From an uncultured delta proteobacterium (GTDB lineage: Bacteria > Myxococcota_A > Polyangia > Fen-1088), in assembly GCA_963796685.1 (NCBI GenBank), contig CAWCMR010000025.1, forward strand, positions 1,600,001-1,664,000: a stretch of 64,000 nt of DNA. Direction: 5' to 3'. Of this stretch, positions 10,094 through 20,119 are shown one piece after another. A program made the position numbers and the translations under genes. The notes under the pieces were generated by a model. The model was not told where the DNA came from and did not search any database. It saw only the letters and a list, made by a program, of their open reading frames with translations. Numbering within the stretch: position 1 is the first letter of the stretch; each line of letters starts with the position of its first letter.

Positions 10094-10876
10094 ATGAAAC
10101 TCGCACATTGCTGGCCGCTTCGGCGCCGGTCCTTCCCGTTCTGGCTGGCCGTCGGCCTGGGCATGCTCGCTGGCAAGAGCGCGCTGGCCACGGAGTACTA
10201 CGTGGCCACCACGGGCAGCGATTCGAATGCGGGAACCATCGATTCGCCCTTCGCCACCCTGCAGAAGGCAGCCAACACGGCGGTTGCCGGCGACACCGTC
10301 TACATAGACATGCTGGCGAGCCCTGCCGGCGATCCGAACACGACCATCACCCTGACCGGAGCGCTGGCGCACATCATGCGCAACAACATCGGCTACCCCA
10401 ACAAGAACACCAACGCCGCGCGCATCCTTTCGCATCTGGGGATTCGCTTCGACTTGCGCGCCTACGAGGTGGACGAGAAGGATCTGTCCGCCGAAAACGT
10501 CGCCCGCAAGGTGGGGTTGCCGCTCGATCAGGTGTGGAAGACGCTCGTGGTGCGCGGCGACCGCACCGGCGTGCTCTTCGCCGTGCTCCCGGGCAGCGCC
10601 ACCCTCGACCTGAAAGCCCTGGCCAGGCTTTCGGGGAACCGCAAGACCGAAACCGTTCCGCTCAAAGAGGTGCAACCGCTGACGGGTTACCTTCGCGGCG
10701 GGGTCACGGCCATCGGGGGCAAGAGGGACTATCCGGCGTTCGTCGACGAGACCATCGCGCTGTTCGACGTGGTGGCGGTTTCCGCGGGCGTGCGCGGCAC
10801 GCAGATTCTCATCGCCCCCGCCGACTATCTGCGCGCGGTTGGCGCCACTGTGGGTGCCATCGCTACCTTCACGTAG
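10094..10876 (+). CDS. ybaK: Chimeric ORF: signal peptide and DUF1565/Pel9-like fragments fused in frame to YbaK Cys-tRNA(Pro) deacylase
   Basis: YYVATTGSDSNAGTIDSPFATLQKAA...GDTVYI, then TNAARIL...VWKTLV...LDLK...TGYLRGGV...SAGVRG (YbaK). Confidence 0.75.
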   Translation: MKLAHCWPLRRRSFPFWLAVGLGMLAGKSALATEYYVATTGSDSNAGTIDSPFATLQKAANTAVAGDTVYIDMLASPAGDPNTTITLTGALAHIMRNNIGYPNKNTNAARILSHLGIRFDLRAYEVDEKDLSAENVARKVGLPLDQVWKTLVVRGDRTGVLFAVLPGSATLDLKALARLSGNRKTETVPLKEVQPLTGYLRGGVTAIGGKRDYPAFVDETIALFDVVAVSAGVRGTQILIAPADYLRAVGATVGAIATFT

Positions 10877-10974
10877 CGAGCTCCGCCACGTAGGTGCCAA
10901 CAGAAACTCGCGCAAGGCCGGCGCGGAAGGGCGCGATTCGGTCTATGATCGGAGGGCGACTGTCATTGGGAGAA

Positions 10975-12588
10975 TCAACCATGGACCTCCTGCGAAAAGC
11001 CTTCGTCTTCCTCGTGCTCGTGTGCGTTCTCTTCCTCGGCGCCTGATGACTGCGTGGCCGATGGCTTGGGCCGGCGAAGCACCACGAATCCGTCGTGCTC
11101 GAACACGCGTGTGAACCCCGCCTGGGTGGCTGCGCGCTCGCAGTCCGTGCCCACGCGTCCGAGGACGTGACTGAAGATAGGGTTCGACAGCAGCTCAGGT
11201 GAAAAGACGGTCTGGGGCAGCGTGCGTCCGAACCACAGCTGTCCGCCGGTGTAATAGGGCTCCTCGAGCAGGACGCCCGTGACATCGGATTGTCGCCCGA
11301 TCCACGCTTGCGCGTCGAGGCGCGCCTTGGACAAGCCGGGGTCGAACCACCGGCTATGGCGCGCGCCATCGCCGAGCACCACGAGCGCGAGGGCCACGGC
11401 AAGGGCTGTCCAGAAGCGCGCGGGCACGCGCACCGTCGCGCGCGGCTCCTGGGCGGCCGCGCGCCTGCGCCGATTCTCAAGACGAGCCAGCCAGCCGCCC
11501 GCGGCTCCCGACGCGGCCACCAGCAAGAGCGGCCAGACGAGCACGATGAAGCGCTCCTCCTTGTGCGCCTGCGTGCTGAGGTACGCGACGACACCGGTCC
11601 CGGCGAGAAGATACGGCCAGGTGACCCGCATGCCGATGAGCGCAGCGACCAGCAGGATCGGCAAGCCGACGGGAAGGCGCTCGAAGAGCCGTTCGACGTA
11701 GAAGTGCGGGGCGACGATTCCAAAGCCTGCCGCCTTGCCGTCGAGGAAGTTGAACTTCACGTAGCGAACGAACGAGGCGAAGAACCCTCCCCAGGTCAGG
11801 CGATCCACGATTCCGAACAAAGCGATCGGACCAAGCGCCCCCACCACGACGGCGCCGACCGAACGTGCGCGGCGCGCGGCGATCAGCATGAGCGGCGGCA
11901 CGACGGCAAGCGGTGCATTGGCGACGCGCAGCCCGACCGCGAACGCCACGAGAAAGCCGACGACAAACCCGACGACGGCAGAACGACGACGCGAAGCCGC
12001 CGTCGCCATCCGCGGGTCGTGCTCGCACAGCTCAAAGGTCAGCACGAACGCCCAGGCGAAGCAGAGCATGGACGGAAGCTCGGATAGGGTATGGACCGAG
12101 AAGGTGACGAGCAACGGAAACAACCCGCAAAGCGCGGCGCCGAGCAGCCCGCCCCATGCGCCAGAAAGACCGTCCTCGCCGCTCTCGACGGCGACCTCCG
12201 GCTCGGTCTGGGCCGATGGGCGCCGCCGCCGTGCCAGCTGGCGCGCAATCGAGGATCCGCCGCGCCATCCGACGGCGATCAGGCACAGGCTCGCCAGCGA
12301 CCAGTGGGCCTGAAGGATCGCGCCCAGCGTGGCTCCCCGGTTCACACCGAGCCAAGACAGGATCGTCATCCACGCCCCGTGGTAGCCGGGCAGGACCCAC
12401 GACCGGATGCCGTCGTGCCACTCCCACGTCGTGATGCCTGCCCCGGAGAAGTGAACCCAGGCGGGCTCGAGGTATTGGAAAAATTCGTCGGCGTGCAGCG
12501 GCGGCTCGGTCTTCCATGCGTAGAGCCGCGCAAGTGCCGCCATCGCAACGATCGCCGCCAGCGTTCGGCGAACCTGTCGATGGGTCAT
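10975..12588 (-). CDS. PIG-B/Alg9-like (GT22) polytopic mannosyltransferase
   Basis: DEFFQYLEPA...TWEWHDGIRSW and HKEERF motifs, many TM segments; ATGA overlap with the upstream gene. Confidence 0.8.
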   Translation of the reverse strand: MTHRQVRRTLAAIVAMAALARLYAWKTEPPLHADEFFQYLEPAWVHFSGAGITTWEWHDGIRSWVLPGYHGAWMTILSWLGVNRGATLGAILQAHWSLASLCLIAVGWRGGSSIARQLARRRRPSAQTEPEVAVESGEDGLSGAWGGLLGAALCGLFPLLVTFSVHTLSELPSMLCFAWAFVLTFELCEHDPRMATAASRRRSAVVGFVVGFLVAFAVGLRVANAPLAVVPPLMLIAARRARSVGAVVVGALGPIALFGIVDRLTWGGFFASFVRYVKFNFLDGKAAGFGIVAPHFYVERLFERLPVGLPILLVAALIGMRVTWPYLLAGTGVVAYLSTQAHKEERFIVLVWPLLLVAASGAAGGWLARLENRRRRAAAQEPRATVRVPARFWTALAVALALVVLGDGARHSRWFDPGLSKARLDAQAWIGRQSDVTGVLLEEPYYTGGQLWFGRTLPQTVFSPELLSNPIFSHVLGRVGTDCERAATQAGFTRVFEHDGFVVLRRPKPSATQSSGAEEENAHEHEEDEGFSQEVHG

Positions 12589-13274
12589 CGCCCCCACGCC
12601 TCGACTTCATACACGCGAACGATGGCGTCGGGAGCGTTCGGCTCGATCTCGAGGCGGATACCGCGCGCGCCCGCGCAGGCAAGCGCATGCACCGCTCGCG
12701 ATGCCCGATTGCCGTTCTCGACCACCGATGGCCCCGTCCCGTTCGCCTGCAGGCAGACGATGCGATAGTGGCTCGCGGTGTAGGACGCGTCTTCGACGAT
12801 CCCGGCATGGTCAATCACGACCTTGGACAGCGTACGCGGCTCCCGCCAGCGGATCTCGACCCATGGATGTCGATCCTCCGGCGCCGAAGCCCATTTCTCG
12901 TGGTGGCTGGGGGACGCTCGGCCGTCGATCAGGAAGAGCGGGTGGTGCTGCGTGTAGGCCTCGTTGAAGTACGAGCTCGCCCGGATGGTCGGGCCGAGAT
13001 CCCAGGCCGCCAGGTTGTGCTCCACAGAGGGCGGCATCCGCGACCGCGGCATGACGACCTCGATGGTGCCATTCCTGCCGACGAACGAGACCAATCCCGC
13101 CAGCCACAGAGCCACGCACGCTCCGGACGCGATCTTCAAGGCCCTGGTCGCGGCTCGCCCTGCGAAGAGAGAGCCCGGCCTTGGGGGGGCATCCATGCGC
13201 CGTGGAAACGCAAGTTGCGTGCCGGCGGGAAAGGGGACGCGAAACGGGGTGCTGGATGGCTGTGAGCGCGACAT
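12585..13274 (-). CDS. Membrane-anchored discoidin/F5-8-type-C-like domain protein
   Basis: TM segment then IRASS...LIDG...KWAS...PWVEIRW...VYEVEAWG; start uncertain. Confidence 0.6.
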   Translation of the reverse strand: MSRSQPSSTPFRVPFPAGTQLAFPRRMDAPPRPGSLFAGRAATRALKIASGACVALWLAGLVSFVGRNGTIEVVMPRSRMPPSVEHNLAAWDLGPTIRASSYFNEAYTQHHPLFLIDGRASPSHHEKWASAPEDRHPWVEIRWREPRTLSKVVIDHAGIVEDASYTASHYRIVCLQANGTGPSVVENGNRASRAVHALACAGARGIRLEIEPNAPDAIVRVYEVEAWGR

Positions 13275-13296
13275 GACCACGACACGCCTGTCTCGA

Positions 13297-14121
13297 TCAG
13301 TGCTGGGCACCGCAGGCCGCGAGCTCGACCTTGTAGCCGGAGGGTGGTTCGAGCGTGAAGGCGCCGACCGGGAACGACGGGTTGAGTGTGCGCTCGCGGA
13401 CTTTGATCTCCACCCCGTCGTCGAAATCCTTGCCCGGTTCGGCGAAGCGAATGAGCCGCGGCAGGGCCACACCGGAAACACGTTCGAAGTCCTCGTAGGA
13501 AACTCGCCAGCGGCCGCGGGTGCCCGGCTCCGAGCCCTCGACGAACACGACCTCCCAGGCCGGGATCCGCGAATTCGGCCTGCGCAATCCCAGCCACAAC
13601 CTCGTGCCGGTTTGGGTCTCGACGCCCAGGATGTCGGCGCCGCGCGCGCCATCCCATTCCACCGAGGCGGCCTTGCTTCCCTCGGGCAGCGGAATATCCC
13701 CGAGCAAGATGGCGGCGACCTCGGCGGGCGCGAGCGGTATGCGGATCATGGCGGCCACGTTGGCCGGGCAGGCCGGTCCCTTGCGGAATAGATGCTTCTG
13801 GTGGTCGATGAACGCGAATTGCCCGTCGTCCACGGTCAGCACGGCCACCGTGCCCTGCAACGCAACCTCGGCCTCGAAGCGAAGCCGGCCACCGCGTTCG
13901 ACCAGCATTTGCACGGTGCCGCGCACGCGCTGGCCGCCCAGCCAACTCGTGGCGCGTGTCTCGACGTTCATGCCGCGAACCGCGGCCTGTCGCGCGCGCA
14001 CCGCCTGCAGCAGCTCCTCGGCGCTGGGCGCCGGGTAGTTGCGCACCATTTGCCCACCGGCCGCGCAGCCGGCCGTGAACGCGGCGAGAACGATCGCCAG
14101 GCCTCTGGGGTGAAGGTCCAT
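13297..14121 (-). CDS. LolB/DUF4292-like lipoprotein
   Basis: Lipobox TAGC, beta-rich LolA/LolB-type pattern; TAATG overlap with the TPR gene. Confidence 0.6.
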   Translation of the reverse strand: MDLHPRGLAIVLAAFTAGCAAGGQMVRNYPAPSAEELLQAVRARQAAVRGMNVETRATSWLGGQRVRGTVQMLVERGGRLRFEAEVALQGTVAVLTVDDGQFAFIDHQKHLFRKGPACPANVAAMIRIPLAPAEVAAILLGDIPLPEGSKAASVEWDGARGADILGVETQTGTRLWLGLRRPNSRIPAWEVVFVEGSEPGTRGRWRVSYEDFERVSGVALPRLIRFAEPGKDFDDGVEIKVRERTLNPSFPVGAFTLEPPSGYKVELAACGAQH

Positions 14122-15878
14122 TACTTCCCTGCGAGCTTCGCCAGGCTGTCTTCCAACTTGCGCCGCACGCGCTCGTCGGGATTGAACCCGAGCCCGCGTC
14201 GGTAGGCCGCGGTGGCGCGGGCACTGTCCTGGCTCGCGCCGTAGAGCTCGCCGAGGTGCCACTGGATCTCCGGATCCGCGGGCTCGAGGTGGGCGGCCTG
14301 CTCCAGGAAAAGACGGGCCATGGTCAGATCCTTGGCGCGGAAATGCACCCATCCCAGGCTGTCGATGAGGCCGCCCGAACCGGGATCGAGGGCGCACGCT
14401 GCTTGCAACCGCTTCTTGGCCAGGGCGAGCGCGTGATCGTGATCGGCCGCGACGAAGCCCCAGAAATTGAGCGCCTCCACCGAAGCGGGATTCTTGGCCA
14501 AGTAGCTCTCCACGATGTCGAGCGCGTGCTGCCAGTTCCCGCGACGCTCCTCGATGGCGGCCAACATCATGATGGCCTGGCTCTCGTCAGGATGCCGGGT
14601 CACGATCTTCTCCAGCCGGGCCACGCCGCTTTGTGCATCGCCACGTTTCTCGTCGATGAGCGCCAGACTGACCGCCGCCTCGATCTCCGCGTCGTCGTGC
14701 TCGCCCTTGGCCGCCGCTGCCGCCTCTTCGACCAGGCGGGTGGCTTCGGCTGCCTTGTGGGTATCGCGCAGCAGCTCGGCCGCGCGCAAACGTGCCTCGA
14801 AATAGAGCGGCGAGGTCTTGTCCACCTTCATCAACACCGCCAGCGCCTCGTCGGATTTTCCCTGTTCCTTCAGGATCGCGGCCTGGGCGAGCGAGAGGCG
14901 CGTCTTCTGGTTCTCCGGGATGCCGAGGTTGCGTGCCCGCGCCAGCAGCGCCAGGGCGCGGTCCAGTCGCCCCGCGGAGCGCTCGAGCTCGATCCGGCCG
15001 CCCAGCGATTCGGCGTCGAGGCTGCTGTCGGGCACGGCCAGATCGTCAGCCAGTTGCTCCGCCTCCTTCTGGCTGCCGATGCCGACGAGAAACCTGGCAA
15101 AGGCCGCGGCGATCTCGGGCGCGCCCTCGGATCGATCGATGGCATCGCGAAAGACGGCCCGGGCGTCGTCGTTCTTGCCCGAGGCCGCGTCGATCCAGGC
15201 CAGTGCCACCAGGGCCTCGATCTGGTTGGGCTCCTCGGTCAGGGCCGCGTGCAGTGTGGCTTCCGCCTTGGCCATCGCGCCCAGCGCCCAATAGATCGCG
15301 GTCAGGCGCATGCTCCCGGTGGCGGAAGCCGGCTCGGCCTGGGTCAGGACTTCGAGCGTCCTTTGCGCGCTCGGCAGGTCGAGCGTCTGCAGCTCGGCCT
15401 CGGCCAGCTCGAGATACACCGATTCGGCGTCGTCGTTGTCGGCGTCGAAATCGACCTCGCTGGTCGCCCGACGGAGCGCGGCCACCTCTCCCGCCGCGTC
15501 CCCCTTGGCCCTACGCACGTGCGCGTCGGCGAGCAGGCCGCTGGCGCTCGGCCCGAGCTTGAGCGATTCGCGCACCTCGGACTCGGCGTCCTTTTCCCGT
15601 CCAAGTCGCAGCAGCAACTCCGCCAGGTGCGCATGCAATTCCGGCGAATCGTCGTCGAAGAGGATGGCGCGCTGGATTTCGTCCGCCGCTTCCTGCCAGC
15701 GCTCCTGGTCCTCGTACAGCAGGGCCCGGGCGAAGTGCTCGTAGGCGCTGGGGTCCACGGAGCGCGTGGTGATCTGCCTGCCGTTCACCAGCTTGGTGAT
15801 GGGCGGCGGTTGGGTGGCACACGCACCGAGAAACGCGGCCACAAGGCCGAGAAGCGACAGTTTGCCGAGGAACCACAC
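14121..15878 (-). CDS. TPR-repeat lipoprotein
   Basis: Lipobox LGAC, many TPR motifs, C-terminal ALNFWGF...IDSLGWVHF pattern. Confidence 0.85.
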   Translation of the reverse strand: MWFLGKLSLLGLVAAFLGACATQPPPITKLVNGRQITTRSVDPSAYEHFARALLYEDQERWQEAADEIQRAILFDDDSPELHAHLAELLLRLGREKDAESEVRESLKLGPSASGLLADAHVRRAKGDAAGEVAALRRATSEVDFDADNDDAESVYLELAEAELQTLDLPSAQRTLEVLTQAEPASATGSMRLTAIYWALGAMAKAEATLHAALTEEPNQIEALVALAWIDAASGKNDDARAVFRDAIDRSEGAPEIAAAFARFLVGIGSQKEAEQLADDLAVPDSSLDAESLGGRIELERSAGRLDRALALLARARNLGIPENQKTRLSLAQAAILKEQGKSDEALAVLMKVDKTSPLYFEARLRAAELLRDTHKAAEATRLVEEAAAAAKGEHDDAEIEAAVSLALIDEKRGDAQSGVARLEKIVTRHPDESQAIMMLAAIEERRGNWQHALDIVESYLAKNPASVEALNFWGFVAADHDHALALAKKRLQAACALDPGSGGLIDSLGWVHFRAKDLTMARLFLEQAAHLEPADPEIQWHLGELYGASQDSARATAAYRRGLGFNPDERVRRKLEDSLAKLAGK

Positions 15879-15926
15879 GACTCGAACCTACCACAGACCG
15901 TGCCGCCGGACCCTCACGCGGCCGTG

Positions 15927-16200
15927 ACCCTAATCCCGCGACAAGCTCAGCGACGTCGCGAGGCGCCGGGCTGAACGCCCCATTCCAAGGCCAAGCCTCT
16001 CGCCTGGCAGGGCGACGAAAGGTGGTCGTGGCCGTAGACCTCACCGTGGCCGTGGCCGTGGCCGTGGCCGGACATCTTGGACGCTCGGGCCATTGGAAAT
16101 CAGCCAGCGGCCGGCGGCTGGCAGACCAGACGGCAATGACAACCGGCCACGGCCACGGCCGGGACCACGGCCACGACCTTCTGCGACTATCGCGGGATTA
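15927..16200. repeat. Family B MITE-like element, complete copy (~270 bp)
   Basis: Terminal inverted repeats TAATCCCGCGA (15931) / TCGCGGGATTA (16200); internal inverted (CGTGGC)n / (GCCACG)n arms. Confidence 0.8.
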
Positions 16201-16223
16201 TGGCGTGAGGTAATGACACGAGC

Positions 16224-17132
16224 TCAGCGGGCTCCGTCCTTGTCCTGCAGCCGCTTGATGGCCGCGCGAACGGTTGCACCCCCGCTTGCCAGCAACTCCT
16301 CGATGGCCTTGCGATCCGCGGGATCGGCCGAGGCAGCCAGGCAGGGAAGCATTCCGATCACGTCTTCGGGCAAGGCGCCTTCGGCCAAGGCCAGCTTGCG
16401 CAGCGACGGCTCCACGGGCAGAGGTTGTCCCTGTCGCTCGCACAGGCGCGCGCCCGCCGCCGCGGCTACGCTGGCGTCGCGATCTTGCGCGGCAGCGACG
16501 AGGGCGCTCACGGGCGCGGAGCTGGGCACCAGGCCGAGCACCGCGGCCCGGCGGATTTCCGCTTCTCTCGAAAGCAGAAGCCTGGCGGGGTCGCGGCTTT
16601 TGGCGCATCCTGCCGGCGAATCCGAGAGCCCTTGAATGGCCGTGAGCCTGCTGGACAACAGCTCGCCTTCATCGGTCGCCACGGCGGCCAGCCCCTGGCA
16701 AGTCGCCTGCAGGGTTTCCCCGGCCACCTCCCAGGCCGCAAGGCTTCTGTCATCGCTTGTGGCCAAGAGCGCCGAGGCCGCGCCCACGGCGTGACCGCGA
16801 ACGCGCTCGTCGGTCGAGGCGAGCAGGGGCACGATGCTATCGAGAAGAAGGATCCCGGAGGTCAGCAGCGGAACGGAATCCAGGGCGGCCAACACGATGC
16901 GCTTGTCGGGATCTTGCAGCGCCTTGGCCATGCGAGCCGGTCCCAAGCGGGCCGCCACCCGCGCCAGCTCGGCCCGATCGCCGCGCTCGGCCGCCTTGCG
17001 CAGATCGGTCAGCGGTGGCTCGTAAAGCCCGGTCCTGCGATTGATGGTCGCACGCTCGGCCGCACGCGTGATGCCGGTCAGCGCAAGCATTGCCGTCAGG
17101 AAGATCGCCCAGTTTCGCATGGTGCACGTCAT
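16224..17132 (-). CDS. Secreted HEAT-repeat-like hypothetical protein
   Basis: Signal peptide (start 17132 or 17120) and HEAT-like helical repeats. Confidence 0.65.
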   Translation of the reverse strand: MTCTMRNWAIFLTAMLALTGITRAAERATINRRTGLYEPPLTDLRKAAERGDRAELARVAARLGPARMAKALQDPDKRIVLAALDSVPLLTSGILLLDSIVPLLASTDERVRGHAVGAASALLATSDDRSLAAWEVAGETLQATCQGLAAVATDEGELLSSRLTAIQGLSDSPAGCAKSRDPARLLLSREAEIRRAAVLGLVPSSAPVSALVAAAQDRDASVAAAAGARLCERQGQPLPVEPSLRKLALAEGALPEDVIGMLPCLAASADPADRKAIEELLASGGATVRAAIKRLQDKDGAR

Positions 17133-17191
17133 GGTACGCCCGACCAGGCTAACCAAGTGCCAGCGGCAGAGCAATTTGTGCCCTGTTGCCG

Positions 17192-17323
17192 TATCCCGCG
17201 ACAAGCTCAGCGACATCGCGAGGCGCCGGGCTAAAGGCCCCATTCCGAGGCTAAGCCTCTCGCCTGGCAGGGCGACGAAAGGTGGTCGTGGCCGCAGACG
17301 TCACCGTGGCCGTGGCCGTGGCC
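17192..17323. repeat. Family B element, left half
   Basis: ~130-bp near-identical direct repeat of 15933-16065. Confidence 0.85.
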
Positions 17324-17326
17324 TTT

Positions 17327-17442
17327 TTTCACCACAGAGAACACAGAGGACACAGAGGCCAGGAGAATGAAGGGTTCTCCGGATCTCGATCCGAACCCTT
17401 CATTTCTCATCCGTCTCAGTGTTCTCTGTGTCCTCTGTGGTT
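17327..17442. repeat. Family A palindromic element (ACCACAGAG...CTCTGTGGT)
   Basis: 9-nt-unit arms (ACACAGAGG/A) forming a long hairpin; near reverse complement of 45641-45749. Confidence 0.85.
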
Positions 17443-17482
17443 AGAATCCGGAAATTGCTCGGGTTTCAACCCGTTCGGTGCT

Positions 17483-18682
17483 CTAGAGGTGTGGCAGGCG
17501 CGGGACCATCACCAGCATGAGGGCGATGGCCAGGGCTGCGATGTAGAACGGCACGCGCAGTCCGAGGGTGTCGTAAAGCACGCCCCACAAAAGCGGGCCG
17601 GTGGCTCGGGCCAGGGCGTTCGAGCTTTGCATGAGGCCGAGGGTCGCGCCCTGCTTGTCGGGGCCGACCCGGCGCGAGATGTAGCTCGAAACGCTGGGCA
17701 TGTACAGGGCGGTTCCGGCGGCGGTGATGATCGCGGCCAGGATGAAGGTGGGCAAGCCGAGGCTGACGCTCAGTGCCTGCACGACGAAGCCGGCCGCCAT
17801 GAGAACCAGGGCGACGGCGAGCAGGCGAATCTCGCCGAAGCGCCGGGTGAGCCTGCCGATGAGCCCGCCTTGCACGATCACGGCAATCAGCCCCGCCAGC
17901 CCGAGCACGCGGCCGGTGCCCACCACGCCCATCTTGAAGGCGTCCAGCGTGAACAGCCGGAAGATGGCCTGCACACCCGAGAACCAGAAGACGGAGCTGA
18001 ACGCGATGAGGAGAATCGGGATCACGCCGGGCAAGCGTCCGACGGAGCGCAGGGTCTCGAGGTCGATGAGAGACAGCTTGCGCGTCGCCTTGGTTCGGTT
18101 TTCGGGCGGCAGCGATTCGGGCAGGTAGCGAAACGCGAAGAAGAGATTGATGGTGGAGAAGGCGGCTGCCACGAACGCGGGCAGCGTGCCCTGGTTCCCC
18201 ATGATGTGGAATTGCGCCAGCTCGCCGCCGATGAAGGGTCCGATCATGAAGCCAAGCCCGAAGCCCATGCCGATGATGCCCATGCCCTTGGCCCGCTCGC
18301 GTGGCGTGGTCACGTCGGCGATGTAGGCCTGGGCCACCGCGATGTTCGCGGTCGCTGCTCCGCTCCACAGGCGCGACAAGAAGACGGCGACCAGGGTCTG
18401 CGAAAGTCCAAGAAAGACCATGCCGATAGCCGAGGCGGCGATGCTCCACAGAAGAATCGGCCGGCGCCCCACGCGATCCGAGATACGGCCCCAGACCGGC
18501 ACCACGACGAATTGCATGAGCGAGTAGCAAGCGACCAGCGCCGCCGCCGTGAAGTCGCTGGCACCGAGATCGCGCGCCAAGGACGGGAGGAAGGGGATGA
18601 TGAGGCCGAACCCCACCAGGTCGAGAAAGACGGTGAGGAACAGCGTTCCGAGCGAGGCCCTACGCATGGTCATGGGTTTCAA
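17483..18682 (-). CDS. MFS transporter, DHA1/TetA-like
   Basis: LDLVGFGLIIP, GRISDRVGRRP and AYIADVT motifs; ~12 TM; start may be 18673 or 18667. Confidence 0.9.
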   Translation of the reverse strand: MKPMTMRRASLGTLFLTVFLDLVGFGLIIPFLPSLARDLGASDFTAAALVACYSLMQFVVVPVWGRISDRVGRRPILLWSIAASAIGMVFLGLSQTLVAVFLSRLWSGAATANIAVAQAYIADVTTPRERAKGMGIIGMGFGLGFMIGPFIGGELAQFHIMGNQGTLPAFVAAAFSTINLFFAFRYLPESLPPENRTKATRKLSLIDLETLRSVGRLPGVIPILLIAFSSVFWFSGVQAIFRLFTLDAFKMGVVGTGRVLGLAGLIAVIVQGGLIGRLTRRFGEIRLLAVALVLMAAGFVVQALSVSLGLPTFILAAIITAAGTALYMPSVSSYISRRVGPDKQGATLGLMQSSNALARATGPLLWGVLYDTLGLRVPFYIAALAIALMLVMVPRLPHL

Positions 18683-18706
18683 GGGAGAGCACGGTGCTCT
18701 CGCTAC

Positions 18707-19933
18707 CTACCCGACCGTCGGCGCAAATAGGAGATCCATGAGTTGGCGTCCGGCCAGGCCCTGGTAGCGGCCGCGCGCGCAGTCCTTCTCGGTGTAGCGA
18801 CCCAGCGAGGCGTCGTTGGTCACGCCCGCCCCGGCCACCATGAAGGGCACGGGATCGCGGGTGTGCTTGCGCAGCTTCACCGGCACCGGGTGGTCGGGCA
18901 GCACCATCACGCGCAGCTCGTCGCGGTGAACCTTCTTGTACTCGTCGAGAAAGGTCTTGGCCAGCCGGCTGTCCACGTCTTCGATGGCTTTGATCTTGTT
19001 CGGCAGGTCGCCGAGGTGGCCGCACTCGTCGACCGCCTCCACGTGCAGATAGACGAAGTCGTTGCGGCGGAGCATGTCGACCGCGGCTCGCGCCTTGTTC
19101 TCGTAGTTGGTGTCGATCCAACCGGTGGCGCCCTCGGGCCGCAGCGATTCCATCTTGCCGAGCAGGCCCAGGCCCAGGATCACGTCCACCGCCGAGATGA
19201 TGCTGCCCTTCTTGCCATACAGCTTCTCGAACGACGGCATGTCGGGCTTGCAGCCACCCGACCAGGGCCAGATCATGTTGGCCGGGTTCTCGCCCTTTTC
19301 GATGCGCTTGCGGTTGACGGGGTGGTCGGCCAAAAGCGCGCGCGACTGCAGCATCAGGTCGCGCAGCAGCGCCGCCGTGGCCTCGGCCTCGGGGGTGCGC
19401 GCGCGCGGCAGGATCTTGGCCCACTCCATGCCGTGCGAGGAATCGGGCTTGTCGTAGTCCACCGCCGGCGAGAAACGCTTGCCGTGCAGATAGAGGATGT
19501 GGCGGTAGGAAACGCCCTTGCGGATCTCGACCTCGGCGCCTCCCAGCTTGGCGGCCAGGAAGTCGACGATCTCGGCCGCTTCGGGCTCGCTGATGTGTCC
19601 CGCCGAGTAGTCCTCCAGCACATCGCCCTTGGTGGTGATGATGTTCATGCGGAAGGCGACGGTTTGGTCGTCGAGCGGCACCCCAAGCCCGTAGCTCTCG
19701 ATGGCGCCGCGCCCGGTATACGACGAGGCCAAATCCCAGCCGAGCACCGACATGTTGGCCACGTCCGACGAGGTGGGAAACGCGGAGGGCAGGGTGACGA
19801 AGGTGCCGAACTGCGCCTGTTGCGCCAGCCCGTCGAGCACGGGGGTTCTGGCGGCCTCGATGGGTGTCTTCCCCCCAAGCTCGGGAAGGGGGTCGTCAGC
19901 CATTCCATCGATGAGAATCACGGCGTATTTCAT
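18707..19933 (-). CDS. apgM: Cofactor-independent phosphoglycerate mutase, archaeal type
   Basis: DGMAD, SDVANMSVLG, TGRGAIE, HVEAVDECGH and PDHP motifs. Confidence 0.9.
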   Translation of the reverse strand: MKYAVILIDGMADDPLPELGGKTPIEAARTPVLDGLAQQAQFGTFVTLPSAFPTSSDVANMSVLGWDLASSYTGRGAIESYGLGVPLDDQTVAFRMNIITTKGDVLEDYSAGHISEPEAAEIVDFLAAKLGGAEVEIRKGVSYRHILYLHGKRFSPAVDYDKPDSSHGMEWAKILPRARTPEAEATAALLRDLMLQSRALLADHPVNRKRIEKGENPANMIWPWSGGCKPDMPSFEKLYGKKGSIISAVDVILGLGLLGKMESLRPEGATGWIDTNYENKARAAVDMLRRNDFVYLHVEAVDECGHLGDLPNKIKAIEDVDSRLAKTFLDEYKKVHRDELRVMVLPDHPVPVKLRKHTRDPVPFMVAGAGVTNDASLGRYTEKDCARGRYQGLAGRQLMDLLFAPTVG

Positions 19934-20119
19934 GGGGAGGTCTCGTGTCTAGGTGCGTGCGGTCGACTGGACGGTTCCATTCGATAGCACGCCGCGGGTC
20001 GGGAGACCATGACCGGCCTGGGGGGCAGGACGTCAAAAAAAGTTTACCCGCGAGTAACGCATCGGCTACAATCGGCCACCCTTACCATTCCGGTAGTTGA
20101 ACTTCATGAAGGAGGAGAG

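Noticed and set aside
17483-18682. Acquired tetracycline resistance gene
   Set aside because: Generic DHA1 MFS in core context, with no tetR or mobile element.
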